This document shows, in pieces, positions 50,090 to 64,000 of a stretch of DNA of 64,000 nt. The stretch lies in the NCBI GenBank assembly GCA_977016875.1, contig CDRNST010000310.1, positions 930,001 through 994,000 on the forward strand, in the 5' to 3' direction. The notes under the pieces were generated by a model. It made no database searches. It saw only the letters and a program-made list of their open reading frames with translations, and was not told the origin of the DNA. The stretch comes from Pavona decussata. Its lineage: Eukaryota. A program made the position numbers and the translations under genes. The stretch's first letter is position 1; every line of letters starts with the position of its first letter.

Positions 50090-53000
50090 CCGAAATAGCG
50101 TAGCAAGATTTGTGAATCCTCTCAGATCTATTCCTACGACGAGTAGGTGAACTGCTGAGAGCGCGCGGCTGTTTGTCAAATCTTTTTACCTTGCACTCCA
50201 ACCTTCGCTTATTATACGCTCAAAGAATTTTCATGACAAAGAAGTTCTCATAAAGAAACTTCCTGTTTTTAATTTTTCCAAAGAAACGTCTGTTTAGAAA
50301 AGTTATTGCTCTCATTGAGGGCGAACGATGTAGTTAATTACCTCCTTCGCCAGTTCTACAAAAACGTCTTCCAAAGGTGATGAAATTAATTTGTGCGTGC
50401 TACCTGTTTTTTGTTTAGCCTCGTCAATAATCACTTGCCTAGTTTAGAGACGGTACATCTGTCTATTAGCATTCTTTCCAAGGAAATAAGAGCAGTTACA
50501 GTTTATCATGGTGCTTAAAACTAACATTTAGTTGACATGAGATGATTAAGAGAATACAAAACAACAATACAATCAAGAATCAGTTCTTCGGTGCAGATTA
50601 GACACAACATCGATCGATACAAGCGTGAAATTTACAGTGAGCAACTTCTGTACTTTGAAACTGAATGATTTTTTGGGGGTTTCAATATAACTTGTGGTGA
50701 GTTCTACACCGTAACTGAAAGCGGTAACGTAGAAAACTTTATATCGTGAAAACAAGTTTATATTGTGTATTCCCAATAATTTCCTCCTACACAATGAGGG
50801 AATTGGAGCATCTATGCCAAGCAGACTTAAGGCTCCTAATGTTTATTTGATTTTCTGTTGTTTTTTTTTTTTCTCTCCTTTTTCCTTAATTAAATTTTTA
50901 ATTTTCAAATGGATGAAATTACACTTTCATTGCCTTTTACTTTCGAAGTAAGTTTAACAAAATTGAGTAAAAATTAGAACCAAGTAAGTATATTCAGTTT
51001 CGTTTGCTAAAAACTGCTGGGTTACCATTTTCCTTTATCACGGTATTTACAATTTTTATGCCTGCACGGAACTCAAAACCATTGAACCTCACGGAAAGAG
51101 CATCTTAAAATTAGTAAAAATTAGTGAAATAGCTATAGATAATGCCTCGTTATGTCTGAAAATTTTATGGGCGTTTCTTTAGAAACGGGGAAGTTTTGCC
51201 AGTCTTGATAAAAACGTCTGCAAAAATCTTTTTATCTTATTGTTTAGATCTTTCATACACAACTTCTATTTTCTTAAATTGTGATTTTCTGCTTCAAAAC
51301 GGTTAAAAAAACCTTGGAATTAGTAACTATAATTTACTGCATGTTAAAATTTAAAGATGACAAAAATGGTTGAAAGGTTGAACAAGCTTAAAGTATTTGC
51401 CAAAAACAAAACTTTGCATACTGTCAAAAGCGTAATGAACTATAATTATTACCACAGGCATTGTCACAGGTCGTGCATAGGATCGAAATGATCGTTTTTC
51501 ACCGTAAAAATAAGTCTCGCTCTCTTGAAACTATGCTTCTCAATGTTTTTGGCTAAATGAAAACTATTCCTTTTGGCTTGTTGTTTAGGTTAGTTTTACT
51601 GCCCTAAAAACATCTTTTTCCTAGATTGTACAAACTTGTTATACTCCCAACTCAATTTGGTGTCTGGGTGAGAAAATTCTATTCCCTCTGTTTTTTTTTC
51701 TACTACAAAAAAACAATAAGTTGCATTTGCGACTAGAAGAAGTAATTTTTTAAAGTTTTTTTTTTTTCGCTTTGCTTTCTTTCTTAACTGCGTATCCAAA
51801 AGCCTTCTATTAGTTAAAGACTTAGTCATAAACAGCTTTGCGAAAACAAATACCTAATTTTTTAAGCCTTTTTTATAAACGTGCTTACTTAAAGACAGGT
51901 AGATTAGCTAAAGACACCTGAAGCATGAATTTTATCAAGCGAAAAAAATTAAGTAATTATCAGTTGTGACACTGCTATGTGGACATAAGTCAATTAAAAT
52001 ATCAATATTTGTCGTGAAGACGTCGTTTTTTGTCACCACTGCCTTCTGAAATGAACAAAGGTTTTATAATGCGTCCGACATTTACTGACGCCAAACTGTC
52101 CTAACGAGAGGAACAATACCAGTTTAAGTTCATCATGCAATGTCACAAGAGGTGGTAAATACAACCTATCCATTTAACTATCATGCAATAAACTACACCC
52201 GTAAACGGACACCCTTGGGACCAGAAAATGTGTCCGCTTATAGGAGGTTTTAAAAAATGTAGTGTTTGTACGTAGCTGAGAACATGACCAAGTGTCCATT
52301 GGCGGAGGTTCGACTGTACTCGTTTCTAACGGGCTTACAAGCGAGGCACTTGTAAAGATTTTGAAGGATTTTTATTTATCATTATTGTTATTATTTATTT
52401 ATTTTATTTTATTTTTTTATTATTATTATTTTTTTTTTTTTACTTTTAGTTTTATTTTGTATACTTTTTCTTGCTTAACCTTATTAGACATTAGACAAAC
52501 AGTACAGGACCGAAATGGGGAAATAATACAAGGAACGAAGAAATAAATTAGAGCAAACTGCATAGGAAGAATCAATATGTTTGTCTCGACATTAACAGCT
52601 CGTGAAAGTGGTCATAAGGCCAAAGAAAAGCAAAAGAAAGGCCAAGTCTTTAGTTTCCCAAAGCTAGGGATTTTTTGTTTTACGCCGGCTTAAAACGAAA
52701 ATAACTGTAAACCTGTCGTTTACAGGAGTAACTAGTAACAATCACAGAGTAGGGAGTGCGTTCGATGATCTCGATCCCAGGTTATCAATCTCTCTTGCCA
52801 AGTTGGTGATGATGTCATCCGCCCCTGCAAAATCCGCGGGGGATGCCAGATACGCGTCCCAACATACATTCATTCGTTAATTGTCCCATACAATCTCGAC
52901 TCCAAACGCAGTTAGGAGCGCGTTCTTTCTAAGTCGAACGCAATAACCAATACAAGGCCAATAGCTACTTTGGCCAATACCAATGCAGAGGCGTAATATT

Positions 53001-55333
53001 TCAATATTTTTATAAACAAAAAAAATTTCAAAGTTCGTGACACTATCAAAGGAATATTTGTTCAAGCAGTATTATTTGTGTGCAAGGATGCACCGCGAGG
53101 ACACGCCGTGTTTTTTGACCGTTTTTATCCTCTTCAAACTCGAGTTACATACGATAGATTTAGATGAGGTTAGATGATAAAAGGTAACATTAGTATACTG
53201 GAACGGCAGTGAATGCTGCCGTGTGAAGGGACGTGATTTAAGAACTGTCAAGAACTGCGTTTAGAATAGGGAGGGAAGGTTGAAAGTAGCCCATTGTGCC
53301 TATTTGAAGCAAGAAAACTCAGTAAGGAAAATTATAACCCACCCAATAATTTTCGCGCGATTTTATCGGCTACTTTACGTCACGTTGTGCAAGTTCACAG
53401 GACGGTTATCACGCAATAACCCCCATCTGCGTCGATATTTGTCATCCAGTTATTTCCGTCGAAAAGAAAAAGAGCAGCGAAAAAAAGCCAGCTCAAGAGT
53501 TTTGCCTTTTCATCTTTATTATTTTACATGGAAGAAAAACAAACTCGTTTTATAGAGTCCAGTGATAGTAACATTCGGGGAGGGGGGGAGGGGTGCAGGC
53601 AGCTGCCTTTGATCTTGCCGGTTTCCGGCGAGACATGACTTGCCCCAGTAAAAAAATCTGTCAGTCATTCGGAAACCCCAACGAGCCTGCGCGAAATGCG
53701 AGTATTCTTACGCGAATTACCCGTCGAACGCCACATTTGTCCTTGGTGCCTTGACTGTGGAAAACGAATTCGCTGATGTTAGCATTTTTTGCGGTAGTGC
53801 GACACTTCGATTCTGTCCGTTAGATCACTTATATTCTGTTCATTCTAAATCTGTGTTCACGTTTTATGCGTATTAACTGTAAAAGCGTAGTTAAGAATGA
53901 GAAAGCGCGGTTTTTTTTATGGAATTCTCCCTCTGCTTGAATGTTTCCTGACGATAGTAGTTGCTGTAACATTCAGTATTCAGTCTTCCTAAAAATGGTT
54001 AAAAATACATATAAAGTCCTTAAGAACATATTTAGATTATAAAATTTTACAACTGGAAAAGATAGCCCATTAACATTACAAATAGAGCTACCAGGTTTGC
54101 ATGTATTTACAAGAAAACTTAAGTTAAAGATTTTATCGAGGATCCTGGCACTTCCGCGCGTTATACACTGAAACTTTTCATTGCTGCCAAAACCTTTGGG
54201 ATTTGTTGCAGCTTTTGGTTAGAAAGCGGAGTGAATATAAAACTGCATCGAGGTTTGTCTGAGTAAACAAACTCAACGTCAACATACTACGATAATTCGG
54301 TGGCAAATTTGACTCCTGTAATAGGATGGTTAATAGGGTAAAGAGGATTAGAGACAATAGGACGACTTAATATTCGAATTCCTGAGCTTAAAGTTAACGA
54401 AATTTGTGCGCTTGAAACTGAAGCACTCTGAACTTGAAAATGAATCACTCTGAACTCGAAACCGAAGCAATCGGAAATCGAAACTCGGAAAACGAAACAC
54501 CAACCCTGAATACGTAACGATTACCAAAATAGGAATTAAGAATGGGATATTTTAAGGATTTCAACTGAATAATATGTTTTAAATACTATGGAATGCTTAC
54601 GTCGTCTGTGGCAAATTATAGGGCTTTCTTTCATGTTCTACTGCGGTTTATCAGGTCAGTTAGTTTATTCCGAGCACCGTGTGTTGGGGTTCGTCAAGTT
54701 GGTGTTCAGAACTGTGGACCAACGCTCGTCAGTTTAATCATCATTCATTTTATAACTTGTCACTCATGGAACAAGTGCTTCTTTTAAAATATTGATCATC
54801 AAACCCCGTCCTACACTACACCATGTGACCATTTCAGCAGCAACTAAGGTATGCAAAATGTTTTCCTCTGACAAAAACGTTAAACATAATAAACAGAATA
54901 ATAACACAACACTAACGGACCAAATCAGGAAATGTGCGCGCGTATTCGACAATGGCTGGATAAAGCTAGCGAATTTAACGTTACTAAGTTAGTTTTGGTA
55001 ACATAGATTTTGACTGAGTGTCGTATATTAATTGTTTTATGTATTAGGGGGAAAATAGTAAGAAAAATCTCAGCAAGCGAGGTGGGTGATATATACTTTT
55101 GCCGTCCTGATTCCAAATTTTAGTCTCCTCTCTCATTTTACTGGTTTGAGGAAAGCCTCAGAGACAATCTAATTAGCTACCGCCAAGTTAAAAAAGCCAA
55201 GAAGTAGAAAATTCCAAGCGAGTTATTCCGGCTTCAATCTTCCGGGTCAGTTGACAAAAATGTGTAAATTGCAAAGCGTCTTCAACTAGGTAAGTAGGAA
55301 TTGAAACATAGGCTCTGAAACGTGAAAAGAAGC

Positions 55334-55393
55334 CCCGACGTTTCAAGCTAGTATTTTCATACCCTGAAGAAGACAGCAAAGTCGAAACGTTGG
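55334..55393 (+). ncRNA. Minimal type I hammerhead-like motif, Penelope-like element terminus
   Basis: cc-CTGAAGA-a-GAC agcaaa GTC-GAAAC-GTT-gg with an inverted ccgacgtttc partner upstream. Confidence 0.45.
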
Positions 55394-56349
55394 CTTTTGT
55401 CCCGTCCATGAACGCTTTATTTATCAACTCCTACTTATTCTTCATCTTAAACATGACCGCCACTCCGCCTTTTTATTTATGGCTTCAAGCCATCATCATT
55501 CCAAAAGGTATTGGAAACCTTCGTTACGATGGCGGAAATTAAATTTCAGCATCATATTAAGATGTTTTCAAACAACAAAAACACGGGAACACTCGCTAAA
55601 ATGGGAGCAGGCAATGAATTCAAAACTTTCTTTTTCTATTGTTTCCTGAAATATTTAGTCGATTGGCCGATAGAAAACGAAACCTTTGTGAAATATGGCA
55701 AAAAATCCCTTGTGCTCGCGTAGACAGTAAGACAGGCATCTGTTGTCAATTCTTTTTTATAAGTAAGCGCATAAAATAAGCTTGTTCTGCAGGCTAGTGT
55801 TAAGGTCGCAAACCAGGCCTTACAGACAGAAATAGTGTCCTCATGAAATCTTAATTTGAAAGCTTACTTTCACTGTTATATGTTCCAGAAAACATATAAC
55901 AGTATAAATAACAATAAAAACAGGAAAAAGCTTGATGAAAGATAGTTTTACTGCCATTGAATTTTGCACTTGAAACCGCTCTTAATTATCAAATATCTAT
56001 ATGATATAGAAGACGACGACGTGGCCTCGCTTTTCGCGCTAAACGGAAGTGGATGAAAATTATTCGCGCACCATGACAAACAATACAGGCGACTGACACA
56101 CTGTGCAACATGATAAGCTAAAACAGCGTTGCATCCTCCTTTTAGTCCGCTATGATGACATAAATTGTCATTATACTTTGAAACTATTGTACGTTAATGT
56201 AATATTGCTGGCAGGAAGGTTTCGGTGCATACACACTGAAAATTAAAAAGTTGACTTCATTGTTACAGTGTGTCCAGTCATAGTTCAGTATCTAAGTTAC
56301 AGTTACACTTCATAAACTGACGATGCTGATTAAATATTTGATCTCGCAG

Positions 56350-57503
56350 CATCTATGGCAAGCAGTAAAAGCAAAGCCATACCTGAAAGTGACGTCACAC
56401 CAGCTGGTGAGGAGACTTTGGATTTTGATGATGACACTTCGAAAGGTGAGGCGTCATGTTATTCTCTTAACAGAAGTCGTTGTTAAACTGTTCGATATAA
56501 TCTTCACAGTCGAAAAAGAACTGAGTCAAGCGCATGGGTGAAGATGCAGCAAACTCCTCCTGTAAATCCGCCAGACTTGTTATGGTGTTGTTTTTTTGTT
56601 TGATTGCTTTTTTTTGCATGTTTGTTTGTTTGATTGTTTTTATAATGTTTAATCAGTTGTTTCTGTTGGTTTTTTTTTATTTGTTTTTTGTTTTTTGTTG
56701 TTGTTGTTTGTTTTTTTTTTTTTTTTTGAAGCATATATTCATTTATATTCATTCAGACGATTTTCCGGCTGTCGCTTCGCAGGCTATTAGGCTTCAGGCT
56801 CTCATTTAATGAATGAGAAAACCGATTCCGGTTTCGATTAGCCCCTGCTATTTTGCTACAAGCGCCCATTACTCCGTCGTGGCGAAGGCGGATTCAGATT
56901 TCAAGACCATATTAGCAATTAAAGCGGATAAAAAACAAAAACAAAGAACAACGGCAATTAACAAAAACAGCGTGAATTCTCGCGAAAAGGAGGCAGGAAA
57001 TGAATTCGAAACCTTTTTTTTTTTACATTTTCCTCCCCCCACCCCCCCCCCCCCCCCCCCGCCACCCCCCTCAAAAAAAAAAGAGAATTAGTCGATGGCA
57101 AAAGGCAATCTTTATTTACATGGCCAAACTCATGCAGATATTATTGTGCTATACTATTATTAATACATTGAGTCAAACTGAAGTTAATTTCTGTGTGAAA
57201 ATTCGAGAAAATTTGGAACCTAATGAAATTGTCGAATTCACTCTAGACACTTTGCTTTACGTTCTACTGTACAAGTAAAGGGTAAATAGACATCAAAATT
57301 TCATGGAAAACATTTTCACTGGATATAAGCACAGCAAACAACATGTATTGTTTCAAAAACTATGTATGCATTAAAATTTCGTTTTCCATGTATAGCTGAA
57401 GTGAGGCGCATCATATGACCACAAAAAGTAATGAAAAATCTGGCGAAAGCAAAATATTTGGACTTTGTATTTGCGTGGATGGAAATATGTTTCGGACAGT
57501 TTT

Positions 57504-57581
<78 letters not shown>

Positions 57582-60500
57582 TGCCAACGAGTTAGCCGAG
57601 CGAAGACGCGAGGCTGGCGAGGCGGCAGCATTATAGAGCCGTGCGAAAGTACTGTGCGGGCGGAAAAAATCTCGAGTGATCGAGAGGCATGTTTGTAAGG
57701 TAAGATTCCTGAGTGTAAGGTAAGATTCCTGAGATTCCAATGACGTAGTGAAAATTGCAACGGACCAATCGTAGCTCGCTGTTCGCAGAGATTGTGACGT
57801 CAATGCCGCATGGTTCTGATCGTCGAAAGCGTGCCAAATCCAGACAACGCCAGCGGGCATCAGCAATAAAAAAAAAAAAACTGAGAAACCTCTTTAAACT
57901 GAAAGCTAAAGCAATCGACAACTGTAGCAAACTATCGGCCAGCGAGCCACACGAGAGTAAACTCAACATCGGCCAGTGAGCCAACTTCGTCACCGCCAGC
58001 GAGCAAAAGGCAATCAAAGCAACTGAGATTTAACTTAACTTAATCAAATTGAAAGCAAACCTGACGTTTCAAGCGACGAGCGAGCAAACTACATTCTGGG
58101 AATTCAACAGCCAAAAAATTACTGGTTTGATTGTGAATTTGTACTGAAATACTATTCTAATTGACCTATTCTTTGTACTCTGAACAGTTTTTGCGAAATA
58201 TTTGAAAAACGTGCCCCGCTCGGATCGATAAATCAGTTCGCTTTGAAATGGACTTGTAGTTCCTTCAAATCGCTTGCGCGTCTCTCGTCTCGCATTTATA
58301 ATTATACGTGTTTCTTTCTAAGGCATAGACAAAGACTTTTCTGAAAAAATTTTTCATTTAGGAAAGTTTTTTGTGTTTTTCTTTCTATTTTCATTGAGAA
58401 AACGTGACAACTGTGTAATCTTGCGTAAACAAACACATGCTCTCGAGACGGTTCAAATCTCACCCATGTGACGCGCGAATCAAATTTCATTGAAATTTCG
58501 GAAATTTTTACCTTCAAGTTTGTTTTTTGGAAAATTTTTAATCGGCAACTAGTGTATTTTATTCCATAATTAGTAATTTTAACTATCTTAGGCCAAAGGG
58601 GTGTTGTTTTTTTGCCCTGTAAGTTATGTATTTTTACTGCACATGGGGTAGGAAATAACCACTTTGCCAATTTTGCTGAATTTTGGGTTAATACCATTAA
58701 CATCGGACTGGCCCATGCATCCCAAAGCAAACAGTTTGTGCATGTCCTTTGTCAACTGTTCGAATACGAAAAACATGATATAATTGAAATATTTTGTCAC
58801 GTTTATGCTCACATGTTAAAGATTTCATTAAACTATACAACAAACCTCTTACATTTCTGTGTAAAGCCTCGAAGAACGTTTTTGTCAATGAAATGTGCAA
58901 TTCTATTGTTCATTGTCCAAGTACGTCATAACATTAAAATTGTTACTGTTTACAGCTTAAAGAGATAAAAAGTTATTGTTGGGTTCATTTTTGTTCTGTA
59001 TTGATTTGTTGAAACCGTAATATCGCGATAATTTAAAACCAAAAATCTCTTTCCATATTGGCAATTCTCCGTCTTCGATCGAAATATTCACATAACAATT
59101 CAACACATTTCAAATTGTCTTCAATACTTCACTACAAAAAAATGCCGTGCACAAAACATGACTCTGTGTCTTCAAATTACCAGTCAGTATTTCTTTTCAA
59201 TGCCTGCTCGTTGGCACTTAGCGAGAGCTATATCTAGTAATAATAATAATGGACGTTTATCAGTCACCATTGCATTTGAAAACTAAATTACAGGGATAAA
59301 ATACAAGCTTCAAAAATTAATACTACTATAATAATACGATAACGTTTATTTGTCCGAAACTGTTTGAGATTTAGCTTTTTTTGCGTTCATTTGCACTTGA
59401 CAAAAATCTTTTGTATTGCTCTTTTCAGACTTATCTTTAATCAGCTTTTATTTATCAACAATCAGTCACGTCCTTACGGCCCTGATACATCCTCCTATAG
59501 CACCTCTTGCTTCCGTCTCACCAATTGAACTGTCTGGCTTGAGCGACAAATAAAGCTCAATGTCGTCAGCGTACGCATGCGCATTAGGCAAATGGTTCTT
59601 GATAACCTGGAACAGCTTGCTCGCATAAGCAGAAAACAGAAGTGGTCTGGGGCATGACGCTTGACCCTTCTTCACGCGTCGTGCAACGTGATAAGCTGAA
59701 ACAACGTTGTAGCCTGTTTATATCCTGCCAAGAAATCAATTGTCATTATACTTCGAAACTGTTACCCGTAAAGCAAATTCATAACTGCTGGCAGAAAGGA
59801 TTGGCTGTATGCAAACTGAAAATTTTAATTTTCGGTTTAAAAAAAGTTGACTTTACTGTTACAGTATGTGTTCAGTCATAGTTCAGCATCTAAGTTATAG
59901 TTACATTTTATAAACTTAGTATACTGATTAAACTTTTGATTTCCCAGCAACCATGGCAGACAGTGAAAGCGAACCAATACCTGAAAGTGACGTCACACCA
60001 ACTGGTGAGGAGACTTTGGATTTTCATGATGACACTTCGAAAGGTGAGGATTCATGCTATTATCGTAGCAGAAGTCGTTTTAAGACTGGAAAACCGTTCT
60101 GCTTTACGTTAAGAAGCTTCTATAGACACACGACTTTAACGTAGCATATATTTGATGGAGTACAGTTTTTCAATTTCATTTATCTTAAGTTTTTATCATT
60201 ATTGTTGTCTGCGATTTTATATATATTTTCTATTTCCCCTTGCATATGAAAAGCACACTTCATCATCTTATATGGAAAGTTGCGCTATATAAATTTTACA
60301 GTTACACTTACAAGCTGAGTATACTGATTAAGTTTAAATAATGATCTTCCAGCATCCATGACAAGCACTGAAAACAAAGCCAAAACTGAAAATGACGTCA
60401 AACCAGCTGGTGACGAGAATTGGAAGTGTGATGATGACACTTTGAAAGGTGAGGATTCATGTTTTTCTCTTACCAGAAGTCGTTTTTAGACTGGAAAACT

Positions 60501-63396
60501 GTTCTATGTTAATCTGCGTAGTTGAAAGAGAACTGAGTTTTAATCTTATAATACTGATTAAGTATGCGATTGCATTTCCCAGCATCCATAACAAACAATA
60601 AAAACAAAGCCAAACCTGGAAATTATGTCACACTAGTTGGTGAGGAGACTTTGGATTTTGATGATGACACTTCGAAAGGTGAGGATTCAAGTTATTCTCT
60701 TACCAGAAGTCGTTGGACTGGAAAACTGTTCAATGTTAATCTTCACAGTTGAAAGAAAAGTGAGTTAAGTGCATGGATGAAGAAATAGCAAACGCCTCTT
60801 AACTGTAAACCCTACCCTCTCCTCCCCTAAGTGTAGAGCCGCCAGATTGGCTAGAAACTTTCTCTGGGTTTTTGTTTTGTTTGTTTGTTGTTGTTGTTGC
60901 TGTTTGCTCGTGTGTTTGTTTTTTAATGGTTTCTTTGTTGGTTTTTCTTTATTTATTTATTATGGGAAGAAAAGTGTGTACTCACAGTTGGTGATAATTC
61001 GTAATTCTACTTGGATATTGCTCTATAACATGCAATGCTGTTCGTAATGACAAGGTTTAAGTGGACACTGCAGTGAAATTTAATAGTTCTTCTCAATACT
61101 GGAATGTTTGTCTTTGTCCAGTATCTAACTTACAGTTGGCAATAAGTCCATGTATCACTGATTATTTAAGCTAAACCTAAAAGTATTCGTTTTCCCAGCA
61201 TCCATGGCAAGCAGTGAAGTCAAAGCCAAACCTGGAAGTGACGTCACACCAGTTGGAGAGGATACTTTGGATTTTGTTGATGACACTTTGAAAGGTGAGG
61301 ATTCATGTTATTCTCTTATCAGAAGTCGTTGGACTAGAAAACTGTTCAATGTTACTCTTCACAGTTAAAAGAGAAGTGAGTTCAGTCCATGGATACAGCA
61401 TCTAGTTCAGCATCTGAGTTATAGTTACATTTTATAAACTTAGTATACTGATTAAACATTTGATTTCCCAGCATCCATGGCAGACAGTGAAAGCGAACCC
61501 ATACCTGAAAGTGACGTCACACCAGCTGGTGAGGAGACTTTAGATTTTGATGATGACACTTCGAAAGGTGAGGATTCATGCTATTATCGTAGCAGAAGTC
61601 GTTTTAAGACTGGAAAACCGTTCTGCTTTACGTTAAGAAGCTTTTATAGACACACGACTTTAACGTAGCATATATTTGATGGAGTACAGTTTTTCAATTT
61701 CATTTATCTTAAGTTTTTATAATTATTTTTGTCTGCGATTTTATATATGTATTTTCTATTTCCCTTTGCATATGAAAAGCACACTTCATCATCTTATATG
61801 AAAAGTTACGCTATATAAATTTTACAGTTACACTTATAAGCTGAGTATACTGATTAAATTTAAATATTTGATCTTCCAGCATCCATGACAAGCACTGAAA
61901 ACAAAGCCAAAACTGAAAATGACGTCAAACCAGCTGGTGACGAGACTTGGAAGTGTGATGATGACACTTTAAAAGGTGTTTTTCTCTTACCAGAAGTCGT
62001 TTTTAGACTGGAAAACTGTTCTATGTTAATCTTCACAGTTGAAAGAGAACTGAGTTTTAATATAAGAGTACTAATTAAATATTCGATTGCATTTCACAGC
62101 ATCCATAGCAAACAGTAAAAACAAAGCAAAACCTGGAAGTGACGTCACGCTAACTGATAAGGAAACCTTGGATTTTGATGATGACACTTCGAAAGGTGAG
62201 GATTCATGTTATCCTCTTACCAGAATTCGTTGTTAGACTGGAAAACTGTTCAATGTTAATCTTCACACTTCTAAGAGAACTGAGTTAAGTGCATGGATGA
62301 AGAAATAGCAAAAGCCTGTTAACTGTAAACCCTACCCTCTCCTCCCCTAAGTATAGAGCCACCAGATTGGCTAAAAACGTTTTCTGGATTTTTGTTTTGT
62401 TTTTTTGTTGTTGTTTGTTGCTGTTTTTATTTGCATGTTTGTTTGTTTGATTTGATTTTTTATCATTTTCTGTTTTCTTTTTATTTATTTCTAACACTTG
62501 CTCATTTAACGTCCACACAAACATTGAGGCTTCAAGCTCGCAGTCAATGGGTAAAACAAATCCAGTCCTGGGTTTTGATCAGACGCCGCCGCCGCTTGAG
62601 TACTGATTGAGTATTCGATTGCATATCGAAGCATCTCTAACAAGCAGTGAAATATGCAAAAAATCCCTTGTGCTTGCGTAGACAGTAACACAAGCATCTG
62701 TTGTCATTCTTTTTTATAAGTAAGCGCATAAAATAAGCTTGTTCTGCAGGCTAGTGTTTAGGTCGCAAACCAGGCCTTAAAGGCAGAAACAATGTCTTCA
62801 TGAAATCTTAATTTGAAAGCTAATTTTCACTGGTGTATGTTCCAGAAAACATATAACAATAAGAACAGGAAAACGCTTGATGAACGATTGTTTTACTGCC
62901 ATTGAGGTTTGCGCTTGAAACCGCTGTTAATTATCAAATATCTATATGATACAGAAGACGACGACGTGGCCTCACTTTTTGCGCTAAACGGAAGTGGACG
63001 AAAATTATTCACGCACCATGACAAACAATAAAGACGACTGACACACTGTGCGACATGATAAGCTAAAACAGCGTTGCATCCTGTTTTAGTCCGCTATGAT
63101 GACATAAATTGTCATTATACTCAGGCTTTGAAACACTTGTACGTTAATGTAATATTGCTGGCAGGAAGGTTTCGGTGCTACACACTGAAAATTAAAAAGT
63201 TGACTTCATTGTTACAGTGTGTGTCCAGTCATAGTTCAGCATCTAAGTTACAGTTACACTTCATAAACTGACTATGCTGATTAAATATTTGATCTCGCAG
63301 CATCTATGGCAAGCAGTAAAAGCAAAGCCATACCTGAAAGTGACGTCACACCAGCTGGTGAGGAGACTTTGGATTTTGATGATGACACTTCGAAAG
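56350..63396 (+). CDS. Array of nine 96-nt phase-1/phase-1 exons encoding a mostly acidic 32-aa repeat (partial gene, unknown product)
   Basis: Exons 56350-56445, 59948-60043, 60353-60448, 60583-60678, 61199-61294, 61472-61567, 61880-61975, 62100-62195, 63301-63396; each cag|CA...AAAG|gtg with no stops; e.g. ASMADSESEPIPESDVTPAGEETLDFDDDTSK. Confidence 0.68.
57505..57581. repeat. (AAT)n microsatellite, about 25 units
   Basis: Directly visible. Confidence 0.98.
57582..59237 (+). mobile_element. Non-autonomous Helentron/Helitron-like element inserted in an AAT microsatellite
   Basis: 5' tgccaacgag with subterminal inverse ctcgttggca (59207-59216), 3' end CTAG, (AAT)n on both flanks. Confidence 0.6.
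59466..59665 (-). mobile_element. LINE reverse transcriptase fragment (CR1/L2-like)
   Basis: PLLFSAYASKLF...AHAYADDIELYLS contains the YADD motif. Confidence 0.85.
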
Positions 63397-64000
63397 GTGA
63401 GGCGTCATGTTATTTTCTTAACAGAAGACGTTGTTAAACTGTTCGATATAATCTTCACAGTCGAAAGAGAACTGAGTCAAGCGCACGGGCGGAGATGCAG
63501 CAAACTCCTCCTGTAAATCCGCCAGACTGGTTATGAACTCTTTCCGGTTTTCGGTGTTGTTTGTTTGTTGTTGTTTTTATTTGCATGTTTGTTTGTTTGT
63601 TTGATTGTTTTTATAATGTTTAATCAGTTGTTTCTGTTGTTTTTATTTGAAGCATATATTCATTTAACGTTCACCCAAACATTAAGGCTTCTAGCCCGCG
63701 AACGCAGACGAATTTCCGGCTGTCGCTTCGCAGGCTATAAGGCTTCAGGCTGTCATTCGATGAATGAGAAATCCGATTCCGGTTTCGTTTAGCCCCCGCT
63801 ATTTTGCTACAAGCGCCCATCACTCCGTCGAAAACGAGGCAGGAATTGAACTCGAAACCTTTTCTGTCATTTTCCTCTCCCCGGCCCCCCCCCCCCCCCC
63901 CCCCAAAAAATAAAAGTGAATTAGCCGATGGCGAAAGGCAATCTTTATTTAAATGGCCAAACTCATGCAGATATTATTGTGCTATACTATTATTAATACA
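62650..64000. repeat. Second copy of 55690-57167 (about 6.95-kb period)
   Basis: Near-identical sequence, including an identical 96-nt exon at 56350 and 63301. Confidence 0.92.

Noticed and set aside
57411-57866. Poly-Ile/Asn/Leu ORFs
   Set aside because: Translations of the AAT microsatellite

Overview
AT-rich, repeat-dense eukaryotic DNA; the repeat families suggest a stony coral, probably Pocilloporidae (inference). The main find is only partly visible in the ORF track because the genes are spliced: a cluster of two-exon genes for small secreted prepropeptides. Each has a signal peptide, a mature peptide starting FTAG, a GKR/KKR convertase site, a phase-0 intron, then a second exon with a Cys pair (C-x5/6-C). 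Three genes look intact: 6638-8996 (+), 22744-28171 (+) and 47314-50089 (-). There is also a decaying duplicate (16810-18280, +) and an orphan exon 2 with a premature stop (41267-41356, -). Predicted products are FTAGSRRPDFRT-amide, FTAGAGNI and FTAGVKMPKYPS-amide; I do not recognise them as any named cnidarian neuropeptide. An intact Crypton-type (DUF3504-like) tyrosine recombinase element (31484-33529) lies between the convergent genes. The right end holds nine in-frame 96-nt phase-1 exons encoding a mostly acidic 32-aa repeat (56350-63396). The rest is MITEs, LINE/SINE/DIRS relics, a Helentron-like element, hammerhead-like motifs and local duplications.
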